NCBI RefSeq assembly: GCF_000142905.1
Contig: NW_013657603.1
Coordinates: 1 to 51,248, forward strand
Source of the DNA: Thecamonas trahens ATCC 50062
Lineage: Eukaryota > Protista > Apusomonadida
Reading direction: 5' to 3'
Length of the DNA: 51,248 nt
Positions within the stretch are counted from its first letter, which is position 1. Each line of letters begins with the position of its first letter. The position numbers and the translations under genes were made by a program. Below are positions 39,657-50,840 of the stretch, piece by piece. Under the pieces are notes generated by a model. That model was not told where the DNA came from, made no database searches, and saw only the letters and a program-made list of their open reading frames with translations.

Positions 39657-41249
39657 TCATACTTTATCGCAATCAGGGTGGCAGCGGAGCTGAGCATCAG
39701 CAACGGGAAGTGGGGGAGAGAGAGGGGCGGAGGTGGATGTGGATGAAGGCGAAGAGGAGAAGGCGATCCGGATGGAGCGACCGTGGACGAGGGCGCCGTG
39801 GAGAGAGGCGAGGGCATCGATGGCAGCGGCGACCGAGGGCATGTCGACGAGTGCCTGCCGCTTGGTCCGTGACTTGAAGACATTGACAGCGAGCGGTGGA
39901 CCGGCGACGCGGGTGAGGAGGTCGACGAGCTCGGGCTCGGGAAGCGAGTACGCGAGGTTGGAGAGGTGGAGGCGAGCCGAGGAAGGGCGACGTGTTTGGC
40001 GTTGTTGCCGTGTGTGGAGCGGAAGCGGTTGAGAGGCGAGTCGGCGTACGAGCACCCGCGCAGCAGCGCGTCGGTGTGCGCGGACGGTTCGGGCTCGGGC
40101 GTGACTGCGAGCGCGTCGTCAAAGAGGGTGGCCCCGTCGAGGGCGGCGGTGGCGGCAGCGACGGCGTTGACCGAGGAAAAGGTGACCAGCGCCGCGCCGC
40201 CGTCAAGGAGCGAGATGTTGGTGATGTTGCCGTACGACGAGAAGAGGTTGAAGAGCGCGTCGAGCGAGTGGCGCGACGAGGTCAGGTTGTGAATCAGGAT
40301 CGTTCCCGGTGTAGACGACGCCGTTTCGGACTCTGCGGGCGCAAGCTTAGGCTGGGTGGGTGGGCGTGGGCGTGGGCGCGGGCGCGGGCGTGGGCGTAGG
40401 CGCGGACTCGGCAGTGGGCTCGGCAGCGGTGTAGTCACGCGAGAACTGCGTGTCAAACTTGAGCGTCAACGTCTGCTGCTTCTTGGAGAACTGCAGGTCA
40501 AGGACGCCCGGAGCGCGTGGATCGGCTGGGGCGAGTGGCGTGTTCTGCATGCGGTCGACGGCAGCAGCGGCAGCGTCGGCAGACGGCATCTGGACAAGAG
40601 CCTTGGTGACAGCGCCGTTGTCAAAGACAACGATTTTCTCGGGCGAGGCAGAGAAGGGCGCAAAGGCGGCGCGGAGGGCGTCTGCGGTTACTGCGGACGC
40701 GTCTTGCGGTAGTCCGAGTACCGAGACGAGCAGGACACGCGAGAGCGACTTGGCGGCCGACTTGAACTTGGGCTTGTCGGCGGAGGACTCGTTGAGGCGT
40801 GCGTGTGACGAGTGTTGGAACCAGAGCGAGCGGCCGCGGACCTTGGCAGGCTGACCAGCGTAGCGGGCCACGACTGCTGCTGCTTGAGTCGCGTTCTCCA
40901 TCTCGAGCAGGGCCTGGTTGCGCGAGCGCATGATGAGCGACTTGACGACCGTGCCGCAGAAGAGGACGAGCGAGAGCAGATCGGCCTCGGACACGTCGGC
41001 AGTCACGTTGCGGACGTGTAGGACCGGGCCATGAGCAGTCTTGCCCTTTCCCCTGCCCTTGCCTTTCCCCTTCTTGGGCGCATTCTGGGGCTTGGTCTTG
41101 CGCGCCCGGTGTGTCGTGGTCCGACTCGGCCGAGTGGGCGGGCGGGCAATCTTGTCGCGCCAGTTGGCGGCCTCAGCAGCACGGCCGGGCAGCGCAACCT
41201 GAGATCCGTCTGGCGTGGTGATAGCCACCTTCCTCCGGAACGCAGACAT
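39657..41249 (-). CDS. PTB/hnRNP L-family four-RRM protein, with two apparent frameshifts (~40350-40365, ~39986)
   Basis: RRM1 VLHVRNV...RNQALLEM; RRM2 KIVVF...KALVQM...FSRDYT; RRM3 DALFNLFSSYGNI...YADSPLNRF; RRM4 SARLHLSNL...QALVDM...IRIAFS. These lie in three successive reading frames. Confidence 0.88.
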
Positions 41250-41684
41250 GCTGCGATCTGTAGGACGATAGATGGAAGTAAGGTGTGGTGAGTGTGGGTG
41301 CGTGGTGGTGGGGGAAGGGGGGGAGGGGGGAAGGGGGGTGTTGGGGCTGACGTCGCCGATGTCGCTGACCTCACAAGTTGTGTGACCTGTGGCTGCGGAA
41401 CAGGCGAGGGGTGCAGAAGGGATCCGAGGAAGGATGGAGGAAGGCGGGAGGGGCTTGTCGGGAGGGGCTATCGTGTGGGTAAGGGTAGGATGTGTGCTGG
41501 GATGAAGAGAGTGTGCTGGAGAAGAAGGGAGAATGTGTGTGGGAGGGGGGCAATGGAAGGTTTGCGTACAAGGGGCGGGTGGAATGCGGAAGTGAGAGGA
41601 ATGCTGTGCCGAATTGGGAGGAGACATTGGTGAGCATTTGGATGGCTTTGTTGAGGTCAGGATCGGAGGGAGTGTAGGCGGGGA

Positions 41685-43380
41685 CTACTTCCAGAACTTG
41701 ACAGTGCCGTCCCATGAGGCGGTGAACATCCACGAGGGGTTGAGCGGGTGCCAGGCGACGTCGACAAGGACGTCAGAGTGGGCCTTGAAGGACTTGATGA
41801 TGCGGGAGTGGCCCCAGTCCCAGAACCAGAGCTTGCCCGAGGCGTCGCCGGAGGAGAGCATGGAGCCATCGGGCGAGAAGGCCAAGTGCAGGGCGTAGCC
41901 GGCGTTGTTGTGGCCCATGAAGCGCTTCTTCTTGTACAGCTTGAACTTTTGGCAGCGGTGTAGACCAGGATCTGGTTGTTGAGGCACTGGCCGGCCAGGT
42001 GCTTGCCCTTGGGGTGGAGGGCCATGGTCGGCATGGCGTGCATGTGCGGCTCGCGGACGTTGGAGATCTGGACGGGGATACCCCACTCCCAGGCGCGGAC
42101 GGCCTTGTCGTCGCCGGTTGAGACGAAGCGCTTGCCGCCCTCGACAAAGCAGATGCCGTGGACGGCGGAGAGGTGCTCCTTGTACTCTTGGGTAAAGGCC
42201 GGCGAGTCGGCGCGGACATCAAACTGCTCGATGCGCGACGACGAGAGGGCGGCCAGGAACGACGAGGGATCGATGGTCGGGTTCGGCTGCCAACGAGCGC
42301 AGTTGGGGTGGACGCCGTCGCCGAGAGCGTACGTCCGGATGCAGGCCCCGGTCTCGGTATCCCAGACCTTGACGGTCGAGTCGTACGAGGCGGTGAGGAA
42401 CGACGAGCCGTCGTGGTTAAAGTTGATGTCCTTGACGCCGGCGCTGTGGCCGAGGTAGTCGCGCATGAGCTTCTTCTGGCCCGAGACTGAGTAGATGCGG
42501 ACGGGCCATCGAGCGAGGCTGCGAGCAGCAGGTGCCCGGTGCCGGGGAAGAGCTGGATCTTGGAGAAGCCCTTGTCGGAGCCGGACGACCAGGTGTAGTG
42601 GCACTTGGATGGAACCTTGGCCACAAGGTCGAGGGCCGAGGCCTTGACGCCGGCCGGCGGCGCCAGCCACGACCGACCTTGGTAGTCGAAGAGGGCGTCG
42701 CCGTAAAAGGTGGACACCTCTGCGGGCGCCGGGGTGGACGACGGGCCAGCGGCTGCCTCAAGCGCAGGCTCGGCGGCGACCGGCTCCGCCTCAGCGGCGG
42801 CGCCCGACGCACTCGCGCCCACAGCGGCATCGGCCGCGGCGTCGTTGCCCTCACCGCCGTCGTCCGACGGCGCGTCCGGATCGAGGCCGTCCTTGATCCG
42901 CTTGCGGCGCTTGGCCTCGCGCATGTACGCCTCGAGCTCGGGCGTGATGACCTGCTTGGTCTTGGCGCCGGCGTACTCTGCCCACGGGCCGAGGTACGCT
43001 ACCGGGTTGTCGTCAACAGAGCCCGGATCGCCGCGGGCCCGCTTGGCGCCAGCGCGTGGCCGGGCGCCGCGCAGCCGCTTGTTCGCCGCGCGCTGAGCGT
43101 CCTGGAACGCCGCATGCTCAAAGGCGACTGGCTGTGCACGGCTAGCGCCCGCACCGCGCGCAGCGTCCAGCTGCGGGTGGTGCGGCCCGGCAACGACCAG
43201 CGCACCCGAGACCGCATATGCCGACGAAGCCGTGAGTCGGCCGCCGCCTGCCCGCGGTGCGACACGCGGAGCGGCGACAACAGCGAGCTGTGTCGACGGC
43301 GCCGCTCCTGATGGCGGAGGAGGTTGTGGAGCCGCTGCACGGCGGCCACCGTCACCGTATGCCGCAATGAGGTCGTCCAT
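41685..43380 (-). CDS. CDC40: Pre-mRNA splicing factor Prp17/CDC40 (WD40), with two apparent frameshifts (~42504, ~41948)
   Basis: YLGPWA, STFYG...DYQGRSW, FPGTGHLLL, R.YLGHS..VKDINF, WEWGIPV.I...EPHMHAMP, KKRFMGHNNAGYA, GKLWFWDW, SWDGTVKFW. Confidence 0.93.
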
Positions 43381-43522
43381 GTGAACGAGGAGAGCGAGCG
43401 AGGGGTGTGGCGGTGGGGGTGTAGGGGGGTTGAAGGATGGGGGTTGGAGGAAAGTTGGTCGGTAAAGTGGGCAATGCAGTGTATGATACAATTAGCAAAG
43501 AGACGCTGTCATTCTCTCAATT

Positions 43523-43595
43523 GGGGTTTTAGCTCAGTTGGTAGAGCGTGTGCTTCGCATGTACAAGGTCGCGTGTTCGATTCATGCAAGCTCCA
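43523..43595 (+). tRNA. tRNA-Ala(CGC)
   Basis: Cloverleaf GGGGTTT/AAGCTCC with the G3:U70 Ala identity pair; D-arm GCTC/GAGC; anticodon arm TGTGC-TTCGCAT-GTACA; T-arm GCGTG-TTCGATT-CATGC; discriminator A. Confidence 0.96.
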
Positions 43596-43597
43596 AC

Positions 43598-43606
43598 TTT
43601 TTTTTT
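43598..43606 (+). terminator. RNA Pol III oligo-T terminator
   Basis: T9 run 2 nt after the tRNA. Confidence 0.85.
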
Positions 43607-43771
43607 GCTCGCGTCCGGACCCTCGCTGGGCGCGCGTTGTGGGGCGCTGGCGGTGATCCGCAGCCGCCGGAACTACGGTGGAGAAGGCGGCGAGGAGGAC
43701 GAGGAAGAGCACGCAAGAGTTGTCTGGCAGCGGGGCTAGGTAGACCGAGAGGTAGAATAGGCGCAGCAGAG

Positions 43772-44746
43772 ATGGGGGCGTCCGGAGTGCTGATGTCGTT
43801 GGGGTATGTGCTGTGGAACGTGGTCTCGTCGGTAGGCCTCATTCTGATCAACAAGTGGCTCATGGATAGTGTGCACATCGAGTGCATCTTTATGCTCACG
43901 TCGATGCATCTGATGACGTCGTGGCTCTCTGTGGTGGCGCTGATGAAGCTTGGGTATGAGGAGTACAAGCCGATGCCGCTGAGGGACGTGCTGCTCATGG
44001 TGAGTGTGTTCTTTGTCACGGTGGCGTCGTTCAACCTCTCGCTCAAACTCAACTCGGTCGGCACGTACCAGCTCTCGAAGCTGCTTGTGACGCCGGTCAC
44101 GGCCGCCCTGCAGTTTATGCTGCACGGCACGCGGGTTCCGATAGCGACGCAGCTATCGCTGGCGATCATCTGCATCTCTGTGGCGTTTGTCTCCATTTCG
44201 GACGTGACGCTGACGGCCGGCGGCGCGCTGTGCTGCGTGGTGGCGATTTTCGCTTCTGCAGCCAACTCGATGTGGACCAAGTCGGTGCCTGTCCGGCTCG
44301 GCCTCTCGACGTACCAGGTCAACTTCTTCATGTACCCGTGGGCAGCAGCAACGTTTGCGTTTGCATCGGTCCTCGTCGAGAACGACCCGGTCGGCGAACT
44401 CACCGGCCTGCTCAACGCCGACCTCGACCCGAGTGTCGAAGGTTCGTCACGGATCTTCTTCATCCTGGTGACGTGCGCCATGGCTGCCTCGCTCAACATT
44501 TCCTCGTCGTCTCTCATCTACTACACGTCGGCGCTAACCTTTCATGTTGTCGGCCATTTCAAGCTCATCCTCATTCTCACCTTTGGCGTTCTCTTCCTCA
44601 ACTCGCCGGTCTCGGCCCGCAGCGCGCTCGGAATGGTCGGCGCGGTCTTTGGCGTCATGTGGTACACCTCGATCAAGTACCGCGAGCAGCAGGCAGCTCA
44701 AGCCGCTGCGTCGGTGAGCAAGAGCAAGACCGATTCGGCGGCATAG
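43772..44746 (+). CDS. Nucleotide-sugar/triose-phosphate transporter family (SLC35E3-like)
   Basis: NVVSSVGLILINKWL, NLSLKLNSVGTYQLSKLLVTP, TSALTFHVVGHFK; ~10 TM. Confidence 0.92.
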   Translation: MGASGVLMSLGYVLWNVVSSVGLILINKWLMDSVHIECIFMLTSMHLMTSWLSVVALMKLGYEEYKPMPLRDVLLMVSVFFVTVASFNLSLKLNSVGTYQLSKLLVTPVTAALQFMLHGTRVPIATQLSLAIICISVAFVSISDVTLTAGGALCCVVAIFASAANSMWTKSVPVRLGLSTYQVNFFMYPWAAATFAFASVLVENDPVGELTGLLNADLDPSVEGSSRIFFILVTCAMAASLNISSSSLIYYTSALTFHVVGHFKLILILTFGVLFLNSPVSARSALGMVGAVFGVMWYTSIKYREQQAAQAAASVSKSKTDSAA

Positions 44747-46407
44747 GCATGCCAATGTCCCCGCTGATCCCCCCCCCCTCCTTCCCCGTCCGCGCGTGGA
44801 TTGTACTCCGAAGGATCCGCCCATCTGCGTTGCTGGATCTGTAATTAATTTAAGTGACTTGAAGAGGGTGGTGGTGGGGTGTGGGTGCGGGTGGGCGATT
44901 GGGAGGTGTGTGAGGCGCGGTGACGTCGTCGTCGTGGCACACCTCACAGCGAAGCGAAACCGCGCGTTACTGGAGCATCGAGATTGGACTAGTCCGTCGT
45001 CGAGATCCCAGTTCCACGCGAGCGAGCCTGAACTGCCTCGAGTTCGGAGATCACTGGCCTCCACTTGTGCTCGAAAGCACTTTCGGGACTAGCCGCATGC
45101 CCATCTGGAGTGGCTGGGAGAGGCGAGTCGAGCTCGTCCCAGTCGTCGTCGTCCCAAGCCAGCGCCGTGGGAGCCGTGCAAACAATAAGAGCATGGGGGC
45201 GATCTAACGCACGCGCCACAACAGGCGGAAAATGCGAAATCACCCACTCTAGTGGGCCGATCGACGCGCGGTACGCCGTGGCCACAGCAGAGCATCCGAC
45301 ATCGGGCTCGGCGGCAAGAATGACGTCGCGGAGCACGGTAGCAGCGCGGGCGCGCTTCGCGAGTACTGGAGGAGACTGGGTGAAGATCTGGGCCATGATC
45401 TGAACTGAAGCGTGAAGGTAGGCGACCATGGCCTTTGTTGCTGGGTGCGGGTATACGTTGTGGAGCGCATCAATGGCTATGGCGAAGCTGTCCCTCCTCA
45501 CATCACGGCCTTGAGCACTTTCCTAGTCCTCACTCTCGACGATGAGTGGAGTGCCAACCACGCCGACGAGATCCGCGCCCTCGGTCTTGATGATGACGCC
45601 GCTGCCGTCCTGCAACACCTCGCAGCTCCGGCAGACTGGAACGGCCCGGGCGTCATGTCGCCTGCCCCGGCCACGCTTGGTTTCAAGGGCAAGAGCGCGG
45701 TAAGGAGAACCGCGTCCGCACTCGTCCAGCACGCGGGAGCGACACAAGTCTCCCTCGCTCCCCTGCAGCTCCGTCTCCCCGACCTCGACGGGGCGAGGAG
45801 TGCCTTTGTCGGTGTCACGGGCATGTCCATGGACACGTGGCGCAACTAAAAAACTACTTTCTTTCGAGGGCAGCGGGTCTGGTCGCGGAGCTTGATTCAT
45901 TCGCCAAAAGTCGGAGAGCGGATAGCCTGATGCCGCAGACGCCCGAGCCAAGCAGCAATACAGTCCATCCCCACGACCTCCAGTCGCTGCCCGACGATGC
46001 GATGTGTGAGCTACAGCAGCTGCTTCCTGCGCTTGTGCCGCAAGGTTAGACCCAGGGCGCATGCGCCGCCACGCCGTCAGCACAGATGATCTGCTCCTGA
46101 CAGCAAAAGCTTACGAGCAGGTCCCGTCCGGCACCCCGCCACGATCTCCTTGGTCTGCTGCGAATAGACAGGGATCGAGCGCGGGCGCTACGCCGATCAC
46201 CCATCGCATTCACGCCCATCAAGTGGAGTCCCTGCCGATGATGGCAAAGCGTCAGGCTGCCGTACTACCATCCCCATCGTCGCGCCGCACTAGTGCAGCA
46301 CATTTCGGTATTCTTCGGCAAACCGAGGGCAGTTGTAACGACCCGGCAACCAACCAAGGGCAGACACGGCAACTCTGCAGAAACAGGCATACCTTTCTTG
46401 CGGCAAC

Positions 46408-48840
46408 ATGGAAAGCAGCAACCGTAAAGGAGCGCGTGGGCACCGGAACCAGGGTCGGGGCCGGGGCCGGGGCCGGGGCCGGGGCCGGAACCAGGGTCGG
46501 GGCCGGGGCCGGGGCCGGGGCCGGGGCCGGGGCCGGGGCCGGGGAAAAGGGTGCTGTGGTGCGTCAGCCTCCGACCAGCATTTGTCGTCTGCGCGGACGC
46601 GAAGTCCCCGTGGTCATGGTCGCCTGGGAAGGAAGGGTGCGCACAAGAAACCGTTGCGATACCCCAACTACCCGCCGTCGGCTTCAACGAGAATGCCGGG
46701 CAAGATCGACATTGAGACGGCAGAGTCGGACGGTTGGCTGCCGTCGGCTGTGCCAGGGTCAACCGACTCTGGCTTCGATGTCCACCCGGCGCTCAAGCAA
46801 TTATACACCGTGCCGGGCTCGAATCACAAGGGATTCGAGGTCGCTTGCAGCAGCTGTGGCATTATCTGGGCCACCGGCGACAACATCGAGCGCCTTTCCA
46901 ACGGCTACATCTACCTCTACAAGCTTGCCTTCAGTACCCCTGCCTCGATCTACCCGGACAACGACAAGCAGGCCTCCTTCCGCTTCACCTTTCAAGACAC
47001 GAAAAGCACGAGGGCGTATCTGAGTGGTCGATCCAACGCCATTGTGCTGCGAAGCGGCTGGACGTGTGCGTGCGCGGGGCAGCCCACGCCCAAGGATGCG
47101 GTCCTAGGCCGCGGCCGAGTATTCGTCAACCTCTTACCCGTCGACAACACCCGCTGTAACCGGCCGGTCACCGTCTGCATCCAGACCGTCATGGGCCATG
47201 ATCGGTGGTGTCCAGAGGATTCTCATCCTGCTCCGAGCTACCTCTGGCGCTGCGCCGACCTGTCGGCCTTGGAGTATCTCTCCGACGACGCGTACGATTT
47301 GGCTGGCGGCCGGTCTGCAGATCCTTTCGCGGGTACTGCATTCAACCGTCTGGCGGTCGAGCTTGCGATCGACGACGCCATTCTCTCGCCTGACGTCCGG
47401 GACAACCCGAACACGTTTGACCTTCTGGCGCGAGCTTTTGGCTCGTCATCGCTGCGTCTCCCGCTCATGCCCGTCTTCCTCGACAGGCTCCTTGACCGGG
47501 CCGAGGCCGACGACAACCGCCACAACGACCTCCTCCGCCTTCAGAAAAGTGTTATCCGCGGCTCTTGCGCCAAAAAGCTCAAAAAAATCGAGCGCAGTCG
47601 TCGCACGTTTGCCGGCGCCATCGGCTTGCGCATCGACGCGGACCACCTTCAGTCACCTGCCTTTGAGTTTGCGCTTTTGCTCGCTCCCGACAAGTCGGCC
47701 ATGGTTCGCTGGAACAACTACCAGCTGAACATGAGCCAATGGGAGAAAGACAACCAAGAAGCGTGGAAGTGCCTTGACTCCATCCATGCGGCGTGGCAGT
47801 CCGACCCCGACCTCGACGCCGTGCGCAGCCTCACGGCTGATGAGCTTGTTGCGATCGGCTGGGCTGCTATCGCAGAGCGATGGCTGGATAACCCGCCGGA
47901 CGACTTTCCGCCGGCCCCGGACAGCTCGGCTGCGATGTGGGACCTGCCAGTCAACATGACATGGAGGTCCAAGTACCACCCGGAGCTCATGGGCCAGGAC
48001 CTGGTGTCCGTCGACCTCAAGGCTGCCAATTTTGTGGCGGTCTCGGCCATCGCCGACGCGATCACCGGTAACGGCGCGTTTGTCGGATCGGCGGCATCTT
48101 GGGCGGACTTTGTCGGAGCCCATATGGGATCCAGTCGCGCCTCGGGACATCTCAGCAAGCGCCATCGGTTAGTGGCTCTGGGGTCGCTTCTCCCGGACGC
48201 TGTCCGTCTCGTGCAGTTTGCCATGACCCGCGCTATTGCCACTCTCCTCAGCTCGAACTTGGGTGACCGCTGCTCAGAGCTCATCATCACGTCATGCGAC
48301 GAGGTTGTTCTTGTTCCTGTTGACAGTGACGACGCACAGGCCCTTGCTGATGAGGCCGCCGACCTCCTTGCCTCGTCTCGCTTCGCCCCTGCGCTTGTTA
48401 GCGCCCACGTCTATCACCTCGCGCTTTGGAACTACAGCGATGACATGGTGCGCGCGCACGGCAACCATTCCAGCGAGAGTGAGGACGACGACAGCACGAG
48501 CAGCGGGCAGGAGTCTCATGTCATCGTCTCTGACAACGCGGACGCCATCAAAGGGTGGCTGGTCGAGTGCCCGCTTGGCGTGGCTGAGGAGCAGGCGCGT
48601 GATGTGCGGGCCGAGAACACGTTCTGTGTCTTGAAGAACGTCACTGCAAACCGGCTGACCTTCAAGCATCTGCCGGCCTATCTTCGAACTCTTGCAGTGT
48701 TCGCCTTCTCCCTTGAGCTCTCCAGCTATCTGGACGTCGATCGTGACGCCTCACGCAATGCATACCTGAGTCGCAATCGTGCTGCTGTCATCCCGAGCGT
48801 CACAACTGTTAAGATGGAAAATATCGTCTTCTCTTCGTGA
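46408..48840 (+). CDS. 810-aa protein: GR repeats + Cys-rich domain + putative divergent palm (Pol A-like) nucleotidyltransferase domain
   Basis: Intact intronless ORF with ordered motifs LVSVDLKAANF, LSKRHRLVALG and IITSCDEVVLV. Function is inferred. Confidence 0.7.
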   Translation: MESSNRKGARGHRNQGRGRGRGRGRGRNQGRGRGRGRGRGRGRGRGKGCCGASASDQHLSSARTRSPRGHGRLGRKGAHKKPLRYPNYPPSASTRMPGKIDIETAESDGWLPSAVPGSTDSGFDVHPALKQLYTVPGSNHKGFEVACSSCGIIWATGDNIERLSNGYIYLYKLAFSTPASIYPDNDKQASFRFTFQDTKSTRAYLSGRSNAIVLRSGWTCACAGQPTPKDAVLGRGRVFVNLLPVDNTRCNRPVTVCIQTVMGHDRWCPEDSHPAPSYLWRCADLSALEYLSDDAYDLAGGRSADPFAGTAFNRLAVELAIDDAILSPDVRDNPNTFDLLARAFGSSSLRLPLMPVFLDRLLDRAEADDNRHNDLLRLQKSVIRGSCAKKLKKIERSRRTFAGAIGLRIDADHLQSPAFEFALLLAPDKSAMVRWNNYQLNMSQWEKDNQEAWKCLDSIHAAWQSDPDLDAVRSLTADELVAIGWAAIAERWLDNPPDDFPPAPDSSAAMWDLPVNMTWRSKYHPELMGQDLVSVDLKAANFVAVSAIADAITGNGAFVGSAASWADFVGAHMGSSRASGHLSKRHRLVALGSLLPDAVRLVQFAMTRAIATLLSSNLGDRCSELIITSCDEVVLVPVDSDDAQALADEAADLLASSRFAPALVSAHVYHLALWNYSDDMVRAHGNHSSESEDDDSTSSGQESHVIVSDNADAIKGWLVECPLGVAEEQARDVRAENTFCVLKNVTANRLTFKHLPAYLRTLAVFAFSLELSSYLDVDRDASRNAYLSRNRAAVIPSVTTVKMENIVFSS
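46457..46544 (+). repeat. (GGGGCC)5 + (GGGGCC)7 tracts
   Basis: Perfect hexamers at 46457-46486 and 46499-46540. Confidence 0.97.
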
Positions 48841-50840
48841 CCTGAGCTGCGGACGGCAACGACTGTGGCACCCTCGCGGCACCAGCCTACGTCCGAAGGC
48901 CCGCCACCCGACAGCCGAACTCGACTCTAGTCAACTGCCCTCCTCCGATACAGGCAAGGCTGGCACATCTCAAGGCTAATGGGTACAGCCGGTGTGTTGC
49001 GAAAGGTAGCGGGCGTGCTTATCTGTAGCTAGTGACGACGTGCGCCGAGGCGTCAGCCGTGGACGGCGGCGTGTCTGTGAGGGCGAGGGGAGTTTGGAGC
49101 CTTGGACCACCGGATCCGAGAGAAAGTTTGGAGGGGTGGGAGGTGATGGAGGGCCAGCGGAGGAACGAGTTCGATCCTAAGTCTCCGAGCCCAGGAGCGT
49201 GGTGGCTGCAAGAACGGTGTTATTGAATGCTCATTGGTGCTAATGAAGGGAGAGAGGAGGGAGTGGGGGGGAGGAGAAGGTGGTGGACCCGTGGACCCCT
49301 GGTCGAGGAGAAACTTTTGGCGGCGTGGGAGAAAGGAAGGAGGGTGCCAAGGTGGACGAAGGGAAGCGTCACATTGATAAATCGTTCGTGATTAATGGTA
49401 GAGGGGGGTAAGGGGAGGGGCTTGGACCCTTGGACCCCGGGTCCAGAAGGAGGTTGACGGGAGAGCATTGACGGGCTGGCGGCTGGTGGTCGGCGAAGCA
49501 GGGGCAACGGAGGGGGCGGGATCGAGGCTGGGTGGCTCGAAATTGCTATTGGTTGGAGGACAGGCAGTCTGGCATGTGATGGTTGACGAATGGCAGTGTC
49601 GGAGTCGGGGTAGAGGATGGGGGTGAGGTAGAGCGGGGAGAGGACGACGATGAGGAGGAAGAGGAAGCCGAGTGCGCGACGAGATGGTGGTGAGTATGGG
49701 CACGACCTGTGGGTGGGGTTGTAGCTAGGATGATAATGATGGTGGTGGGATAGGGGGTGGGGTGGTCGTTTGTGGTGACGGGCGTAATGAGTATGGTAGG
49801 GGCGATGAGGGGGGTCGTGACGTGGGGTCGTGACGGGCAAAATGGAAGTAGATATGGCGATTGGGCTTGAGCATTGATGAAGGTGAGTATGATACGGCTA
49901 ATGGCTGTGTGTGGGGTGTAGGTGATGAGGGTGGAGGGGCTCGGGCGGCGAGGGAAGGCGGCGGACGTTAATTGAGTTGAGCGTTGAATTAATTGAAGAA
50001 AGCCGGAACCAGCATCAAACGAGGCAATGACGTCCACAACAACAACCAAAGATCATACATGGCTTGCACAGCACACGTATGAGTAAGCCAACAGGGACTG
50101 AGTAAAGCTGGCAGGCAAAAGGATGGACTCGGGTGACGTTGTGGTCGTTAAGGCAGACGCGGTTGATCGATCAGCAGATCAACCAAGACCACGACACAAC
50201 AGGGTCAACACAAAATACATTGCATGCACAACTATTGACCATAGCCAACGACAACAAAGTTGAGAATCGATGGTGTAGTGAGCAACGGTCGATCATGGAT
50301 GTGGAAGTCAAAGTCGATGAAAACAGGGAATCAAGAACAATTGCAGCATGACGAATAAAGATACAAAGCAACAACAAAGCGAAAGGAATGATGAATGGGA
50401 ATGCATGTCGATTGTAGTCAACCATCAAAGGCAAGAGCAACCACAGCAGAACATGAAGGCCGACAATAGCAACAACAAAGCATGTGGAAACATGAACGGC
50501 AAAGAACAAAGAACATGGATAGCCACCAACAAGAAAAGAAAAGAATCGAATGATCAATTAACAACAATCAATGACAATCAATTCAATGTCAAACAATCCA
50601 ACGAGTCACGAGTGGCGAATCATGAAAATGTTGAATGACATTCATGTCACCACCAACCCGCACATGCGACTCGGACGAACGAGTGACACCAGCAAGTGTC
50701 AATGGGGGGATCGAGATTGTGAATCACCATCAAATACTCAATTCACGCCCATGCACAGCCATGCGCATGGTACGGTGGAGAATGAGTATGGTGGGGTGGG
50801 TGGGAAAGTGGATGTGGGTCATGGGTGGGATGGGTAGGGG

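Noticed and set aside
45843-45860. AAAAAAC slippery heptamer as a programmed -1 frameshift
   Set aside because: The upstream frame's TAA overlaps the start of the run, so ribosomes would terminate first, and neither ORF has recognisable homology
46408-48840. Telomerase reverse transcriptase or telomeric retrotransposon
   Set aside because: No (Y/F)xDD RT motif C, T motif, endonuclease or gag, and no LTR/TIR/poly(A) boundary visible
50171-50557. Hydrophobic 128-aa minus-strand ORF as a membrane protein
   Set aside because: Hydrophobicity follows from the T-rich strand skew; codon usage is unlike host genes
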